Positions 58,501-64,000 of a DNA stretch of 64,000 nucleotides are shown one piece after another. The stretch lies in assembly GCA_963693055.1 (NCBI GenBank), contig OY843751.1, forward strand, positions 4,416,001-4,480,000. Direction: 5' to 3'. Source of the stretch: a bacterium. GTDB taxonomy: Bacteria > Zhuqueibacterota > Zhuqueibacteria > Residuimicrobiales > Krinioviventaceae. How positions within the stretch are numbered: position 1 is the first letter of the stretch; the number at the start of each line of letters is the position of its first letter. The notes beneath the pieces are model-generated. The model was not told the origin of the DNA. It did no database searches and saw only the letters and a list, made by a program, of their open reading frames with translations. Both the position numbers and the translations under genes were made by a program.

Positions 58501-61500
58501 TTACTTGCAAACAAACTCGTATTGTCCCGAGCCTACCTGGTGCTCTGATCCGTCCGGCATTAGGATATCTGCCGTGCTGTTTGGCGGAATAGATACGTTC
58601 AGTATAAATTTCCCGTCAACAATCTTCCACTCACTTTTGATCTCTCCATATAAAGAACGGGTTGACGCGTTAACATGTGTCAAATCTCCAACCGGTTTGG
58701 GTTGAATTAAAATATGTTTGAACCCCGGATTTTCCACAACCGGATTTATACCCGCCAGTTCACGATAAAACCAGGTCACAATATCCCCAAACATCACATG
58801 ATTGAGCGAGCCTTCCGTATCGGTCCAATCTTCCCATAATGCGGTTGCACCTTTGGATATCCAGTCTCCATAACCGGGAAAGTCCGGTTGTGTGGCGACT
58901 TTGTAAGCCAACTCATGCTGACCGTTGAGCGTTAATGCTCTAAAAAGGGCCTTTGCACCCAAAATACCACAATCCACATGATCATTACCCGCATGGACGG
59001 CATTAACGAGCTGTGCAATAGCAGCATCCATTTCAGCTTCCGGCACCAATCCATTAAACACGGAAATGGCCTGTGAGGTTTGGCTGCACAGATCATAGAT
59101 GCCATCGCCTTTATAAAATTCATTATTGTAGGCTTTTTTAACTTTTTCCGCCAGTTTATCATATCGTTCCGCGTCTTTGTTTTTACCCAGTACGCTGGCC
59201 ATTTCCTCAAGCACCTTGATATTATTATAATATAAAGCGGTAGACGTCACACGGCCCGGCGTTTTGGTTTTGAAATAACACCAGTCTCCCCGTCCCATTT
59301 CTACAATATGATCGGGGAAACGTTGATTGAGAAAATTTACATACTCACTGGCAAGGTCATAATGGTCCTCAAGTATACCCGTGTCGCCGGAATACAAGTA
59401 CATATTCCAGGGGACCATCACAGCCGCAGAGCCCCATCCGGGACCGTTGCTGTCCCTGTACCCCCAACCCGGGGTGGGCGCTATACCCGGCAGATCGCCT
59501 TTGGGTGTGCGGGCATCCAGCAAATCATAGGCCCATTTATTGTATGCCGGGATATTGTTATAATTCAACATTCCCAATTCAGATGCCAATTGCGCGTCAC
59601 CGGTCCAGCCGTTCTTTTCACGTTGTGGACAATCAGTAGGATACCCCATATAATTACTCTGATAAGAACGCGCGGTAATTTTATATATAGTATTTAACAG
59701 ATCATTAGAACATTTAAAATGGCCAATGGTTTCAAAATCCGTATTGGCAACGCGTCCCTGTATCATATCTGTTGTCAGTTTATCCAGCCCCGTCACCTCT
59801 ACATAGCGAAAACCATGATAGGTAAAGCGCGGCTCCCAAACCTGGGTAAAACCGTCTTTGGCGATATAGGTATCGGTCTGAAAAGGCCCCTGACAAACAT
59901 ACCTGGCATTACGGCGCTGATTAATCATTCCCTTTTCATCCAGACGTTCACTGTAACGCACCTGTATGGTATCTCCCTGTGCGGCATCAACCAGCAAGCG
60001 CGCCCAACCTGCCATATTGGTCCCCATATCCACCACAAACACACCGGCTTCCGGTTCTGTTACAGAGACAGGTACAAGGGTCTCTACTACCCTTACCGGC
60101 GGCATGGTCTGTGAATCCAGGATACCCTTGGGTGCGAGTACTACTTTTGGGCTATGCCATGCCGAATCATCAAATCCCGGTTGGTCCCAGCCGGGCTGCT
60201 CCTGGCGGGCATCATACATTTCGCCATTGCGAATACCATCCCGTATCACAGGACCGGTAGAAGCCTTCCAGGAAAGATCACTGACAATCGTCTCTTGTGT
60301 TCCATCAGCAAAAGTGATTTGCATCTGTGCCATCATTTTGGGCTTGTCACGCCACGTCGCTCCGTCAAAGTCCCAGGTTGCGCGGGTATGTATATCAAAC
60401 CAGCCGCTGCCCAGCATTACACCCAGGGCATTCTTACCTGGTTCAAGATAATCTTTCAACTCGTAACAGGTATATAGTACTCGCTTGTTGTAATTGGTAA
60501 AAGCAGGATCCAAACGGTGATCACCCACCTTTTTACCATTGCAATAAAGCTCATAATATCCCAATCCTGATATCGCGATCTTGGCAGATACAATCTCTTT
60601 ATTAAGACTGAACGCTTTGCGAAATACGGGCGAAGGCTCGGTTTGTCGCCATCCCGGGGTGCGTCGCCATTTATACGAAGCAGGAGCAACCTCGTCTGCC
60701 TGCTCATATTTACCATTACGTTCAACAGCGACCAGCCATTGTTCGGTTGTCTCGATGGTTTCAACATCCCCATCTTTTTTCACGATTTTTACAACACCAA
60801 TCAAACCGGCAGGATCAGGATTATCATACTTCCAGGTTTGAATAAAAATCTCGTTATCACCGTTTTTCAAATACGGTTTGATATTATATTGCGGAGCAGG
60901 TACTTCGGGACGATAGGCTATAATCCCGGACACCTCTTTACCATTTACAAAAAGCTGAAACGCGTCATTCGCGCACAAAAGAATTTCGGCTTGTTGCAGC
61001 TCTGCGAGATTTGATACAGATAAACGCGTTTTGAAGAATCGACTGTAATTTTTGAGATCTATATCTTTATCTTCCGGGTGCCAGATCCATTTGGCATTTT
61101 CATACCAGTCCGGTGCAAAAATATTCTTTTCAGATTCGGCCACATAACCCAACCACTTTGCCTGCCATTGTGAGGCATCCAAAATGCCCATTGCCCAGTG
61201 CGCGGTATCGCTCCAGGATTGTTCCTCACCGTTCTCATCCCATATCTTTACCTTCCAATAATAATTCTGAAAGCTCTTTAGCGTTTTACCCGCATATGAA
61301 ACCAACACCGGACGTTCACCAGTCACCTTGCCGGAATCCCAAAGATCGCCGGTATCCGTATCCAATACAGATTGTGAGGACGCAACCAGAATCCGGTACG
61401 CTGTTTCATGCTGGCCTTGAGTACCAGCAATCTGCTGCATGCGCCAACCCAGACGAGGTGCAGGACGATCAATTCCTTCAGGATTCATCATAAACTCGCA

Positions 61501-61611
61501 GCGAAGGTCCACGGCTTTTGCCGGCGGCTGGGCATTAATCGATATAGTAATCACAAATAATAAAACAAATACAACTGAAATGAATTTTTGAAAACCAGTA
61601 GAATCCATCAT
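58501..61611 (-). CDS. Alpha-L-rhamnosidase, GH78
   Basis: GDLWDSGKV, GE.YDAR, PRFTYHGFRYVEV, PTDCPQRE.NGWTGD, GATALWE.W, SLNHVMFG. Confidence 0.9.
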   Translation of the reverse strand: MMDSTGFQKFISVVFVLLFVITISINAQPPAKAVDLRCEFMMNPEGIDRPAPRLGWRMQQIAGTQGQHETAYRILVASSQSVLDTDTGDLWDSGKVTGERPVLVSYAGKTLKSFQNYYWKVKIWDENGEEQSWSDTAHWAMGILDASQWQAKWLGYVAESEKNIFAPDWYENAKWIWHPEDKDIDLKNYSRFFKTRLSVSNLAELQQAEILLCANDAFQLFVNGKEVSGIIAYRPEVPAPQYNIKPYLKNGDNEIFIQTWKYDNPDPAGLIGVVKIVKKDGDVETIETTEQWLVAVERNGKYEQADEVAPASYKWRRTPGWRQTEPSPVFRKAFSLNKEIVSAKIAISGLGYYELYCNGKKVGDHRLDPAFTNYNKRVLYTCYELKDYLEPGKNALGVMLGSGWFDIHTRATWDFDGATWRDKPKMMAQMQITFADGTQETIVSDLSWKASTGPVIRDGIRNGEMYDARQEQPGWDQPGFDDSAWHSPKVVLAPKGILDSQTMPPVRVVETLVPVSVTEPEAGVFVVDMGTNMAGWARLLVDAAQGDTIQVRYSERLDEKGMINQRRNARYVCQGPFQTDTYIAKDGFTQVWEPRFTYHGFRYVEVTGLDKLTTDMIQGRVANTDFETIGHFKCSNDLLNTIYKITARSYQSNYMGYPTDCPQREKNGWTGDAQLASELGMLNYNNIPAYNKWAYDLLDARTPKGDLPGIAPTPGWGYRDSNGPGWGSAAVMVPWNMYLYSGDTGILEDHYDLASEYVNFLNQRFPDHIVEMGRGDWCYFKTKTPGRVTSTALYYNNIKVLEEMASVLGKNKDAERYDKLAEKVKKAYNNEFYKGDGIYDLCSQTSQAISVFNGLVPEAEMDAAIAQLVNAVHAGNDHVDCGILGAKALFRALTLNGQHELAYKVATQPDFPGYGDWISKGATALWEDWTDTEGSLNHVMFGDIVTWFYRELAGINPVVENPGFKHILIQPKPVGDLTHVNASTRSLYGEIKSEWKIVDGKFILNVSIPPNSTADILMPDGSEHQVGSGQYEFVCK

Positions 61612-61715
61612 AAACTTTTCCCTTAATAAAATGAATCAGGCGGTCACTCGGGCCGCCCCAACAATAGACCAAATCACATCTTATACTTGTCCGCCCGCTA
61701 GCGGCTCTTTCGTCT

Positions 61716-63194
61716 TTATATTTTCGTTTCAAACCTCTCGGTATGAACAAGGTTCCCATCCACATCGTGATGTTCAAAGATCAGCTTTATAAATCCTTTT
61801 TCACGATATACTTTGCCCAACAGATACCCACCCTTGACGCGCAAGAAACGATGCTCAGGCATCAGGTCTTCCTGCTTCCAACCGCCCGCATGCATATCCG
61901 AGCCGGCACCTGTGCTAAATTCCCACAAGTTGGTATTGTCCCAGTGGGTTACATACTGCCAGTGCCGATCGCCATTACACATGAAAACATTTTTCTGTGA
62001 ATTGATAAAATCGCGTATCTCATCACCTTCATGTTCAAACCCCTTGTTGGCGTGATTGTCATTCTTGTTCTCCCGGTCCGGCCCCAGAATCGGAGTAGCC
62101 GAGATCAAAAGTTTGTACGTTGCATCAGACGCACGCATGGTTTTAAACAGCCATTGTTTTTGTTGCTCACCCCAAATGGTCTTTTCAGGGCCATCAGGCA
62201 TTTGGTTGCTGCTTCTAAAATGCCGTCCTTCCATAATCCATATTTGCAGATCTTTTCCCCAACGGATGGTTTTATACAGGCTGTCATTGGTGGGGAACTG
62301 TTCTTTTTCAAAGATCTCAAGTCCCCGTTCAAATGTTACGGTACCATAGGTTTGTCCCGCCCAGCAATCATTTTTTAAAGCATCATGATCATCTTTGATA
62401 AAATAGGTAGTAATTTGTCTGTAAAAATCTCTTTGATATGGCAGTGCAAACAATCGGTCCCATTTAAACCGCATCAAGGGTTCGGTCATGGCCCAGGGGT
62501 CGGGTTTATCATAATATTCTATATCTCCGGTGTGTACATAAAAATCAGGACGATTTTTGAGCATAGCCGGATAGATCCTGTGACCGTTTTTCGGGTCGTC
62601 ACGACGAATGTAATCATGACAGGTCACAATCGTAAAAGTGATATCCTGTATGGTATCTCTGGCAGGCGGTGTTTTAAAGGTACCGCGAATGGTATCCGAT
62701 ACAGCAGAGGAAGCATTTTTACGTGCATACAGTGTTACATCATACAATGTGTTTGCAGCCAGGCCGTCTAGCAGCCATTGGTGGGTGAAATTCTTGCTGG
62801 TATCAACAGTTGCCCAATCACTCTCTATCATTTCACTGCTGCCATAGGGTTTATAAACCATCTTGACTTGTCCCGATGCTCCGGGGCAAGCGCCTTCCAT
62901 ATCATCCAATGTCAGTCCGTTGGGGATCTGCGCATTGTGCATGGTATCCTGGCCAGCCATACGGCTCAGCAGTCTTTGCTGGTCTCTGGTCAGTGAAATA
63001 AAAGGCTCTCCATCATAATTCAGATCAGGATTTCTTGTCAAACGTGTCCAGATCACGATTGAATGCTGATCCGCCCAGCCATTATGGAATCCATTCCCAA
63101 AATACGGGCCGGTATCAACATTACTATTCGTACATGAGATCCCGGCAAGAACCAACAGAATCCCAGCAAGCCAAAACCAGCGCAGCCCTTTCAT
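61716..63194 (-). CDS. PhoD-family alkaline phosphatase lipoprotein
   Basis: GISC lipobox; IVIWTRL, HTGDIEYYD, KDDHD, IRWG, GDRHWQY. Confidence 0.85.
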   Translation of the reverse strand: MKGLRWFWLAGILLVLAGISCTNSNVDTGPYFGNGFHNGWADQHSIVIWTRLTRNPDLNYDGEPFISLTRDQQRLLSRMAGQDTMHNAQIPNGLTLDDMEGACPGASGQVKMVYKPYGSSEMIESDWATVDTSKNFTHQWLLDGLAANTLYDVTLYARKNASSAVSDTIRGTFKTPPARDTIQDITFTIVTCHDYIRRDDPKNGHRIYPAMLKNRPDFYVHTGDIEYYDKPDPWAMTEPLMRFKWDRLFALPYQRDFYRQITTYFIKDDHDALKNDCWAGQTYGTVTFERGLEIFEKEQFPTNDSLYKTIRWGKDLQIWIMEGRHFRSSNQMPDGPEKTIWGEQQKQWLFKTMRASDATYKLLISATPILGPDRENKNDNHANKGFEHEGDEIRDFINSQKNVFMCNGDRHWQYVTHWDNTNLWEFSTGAGSDMHAGGWKQEDLMPEHRFLRVKGGYLLGKVYREKGFIKLIFEHHDVDGNLVHTERFETKI

Positions 63195-63448
63195 ACAACC
63201 TCCAGATATATAAAATATTACTATTCAATCCATATATTATCAAAGTAGAAAAATATATCATAAAATCAATATAATAATCTTTATTAAACAATTCCTTACA
63301 ATCCAAAGAGATTTTATGGCAATTATTCAATCTATACCAGTCTTTGCTTGACATTTTCAACCAGATCAATTATTTTAATTGATTGTATAATCCATTTAAA
63401 AATTCTTTCATTTGTCACATTACATTTTCATCAGACCCGGGAGTTACT

Positions 63449-64000
63449 ATGAAGCGTTCACTAGTTTTCAAATCCATGCTGTTCCTGGCATTGACAGTTC
63501 AGATCACACTGTTCAATGGATGCTCTTCAAATCAGCAAAAAGCTGTCAAAGCCAATCCAATGAAACAGTACGCTGCTGACACCAAATCCGAATACTCTTA
63601 TGAATTTTACAAAACCATAGAGGGAGACGGCTATACTACCCATATACTGCGTATGGTATCGGGACAGTGGCTGTCAACCAAAGAAGTAAAAGATCCCGAG
63701 TGGTGGCACTGGGTAAAAATCGTTGTTCCAGATTCCCTGGCAAGCGATATCAGCCTGTTATTTATCAGTGGCGGCGACAGGTATCCTGAAGAGCCGGGTG
63801 ATGCGGACAAGATCATTCGCGCGGCAGCAATCAATACCGGTGCGTTGGCAATTTACCTGCACAATGTTCCAAACCAAAAAACCAACTTTGTAGGTGATGA
63901 TTATGGTCCACGCGTTGAAGATGAGCTCATTGCTTATGGCTGGCGTAAATTCCTTGAAGCGGGTGGCGGAGATGAAAGCCTGGAATGGCTGGCCCGTTTA
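63449..64000 (+). CDS. PqaA (PhoPQ-activated pathogenicity-related) family lipoprotein, 3' end outside window
   Basis: Not in ORF track; hand translation MKRSLVFK...FNGC, M.SGQWL, WWHWVKIVVP, LFISGG, NVPNQ, EDELIAYGW..FL. Confidence 0.8.
   Translation, partial: MKRSLVFKSMLFLALTVQITLFNGCSSNQQKAVKANPMKQYAADTKSEYSYEFYKTIEGDGYTTHILRMVSGQWLSTKEVKDPEWWHWVKIVVPDSLASDISLLFISGGDRYPEEPGDADKIIRAAAINTGALAIYLHNVPNQKTNFVGDDYGPRVEDELIAYGWRKFLEAGGGDESLEWLARL

Noticed and set aside
1-64000. tRNA, rRNA, CRISPR arrays, prophage structural genes
   Set aside because: None recognised on either strand by eye; tRNAscan-SE and Infernal would be needed to exclude small RNAs fully.

Overview
Bacterial chromosomal window of moderate-to-low GC. 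The gene content (GH51, GH78, GH106, CE15, sialidase-like, PhoD, DUF3078/Omp85 outer-membrane proteins, lipoproteins) fits a Gram-negative polysaccharide degrader; an FCB-like lineage is a guess. The main signal is an AT-rich three-part retron at 28.4-31.0 kb: a PRTase-like/winged-helix effector, a structured msr-msd ncRNA and a YADD reverse transcriptase. The ncRNA's terminal inverted-repeat arms lie inside the effector 3' end and across the RT start codon, with a candidate branching G at 29610. It is followed by umuDC, REP-like repeats and a higBA module bracketed by ~141-bp direct repeats. Also present: an intact IS4-family element with TIRs and a 9-bp target duplication, a double-GT4 gene broken by one in-frame stop, an orphan tandem-sensor CheW fusion, an AT-rich five-gene envelope cluster (small Cys/Gly-rich protein, LolA-like, YidD-like, two TPR proteins), a GNAT-C39/RimK peptide-ligase pair and a sigma-54 promoter. 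No tRNA, rRNA or CRISPR array was seen. All family calls come from motif recognition by eye, not database searches.
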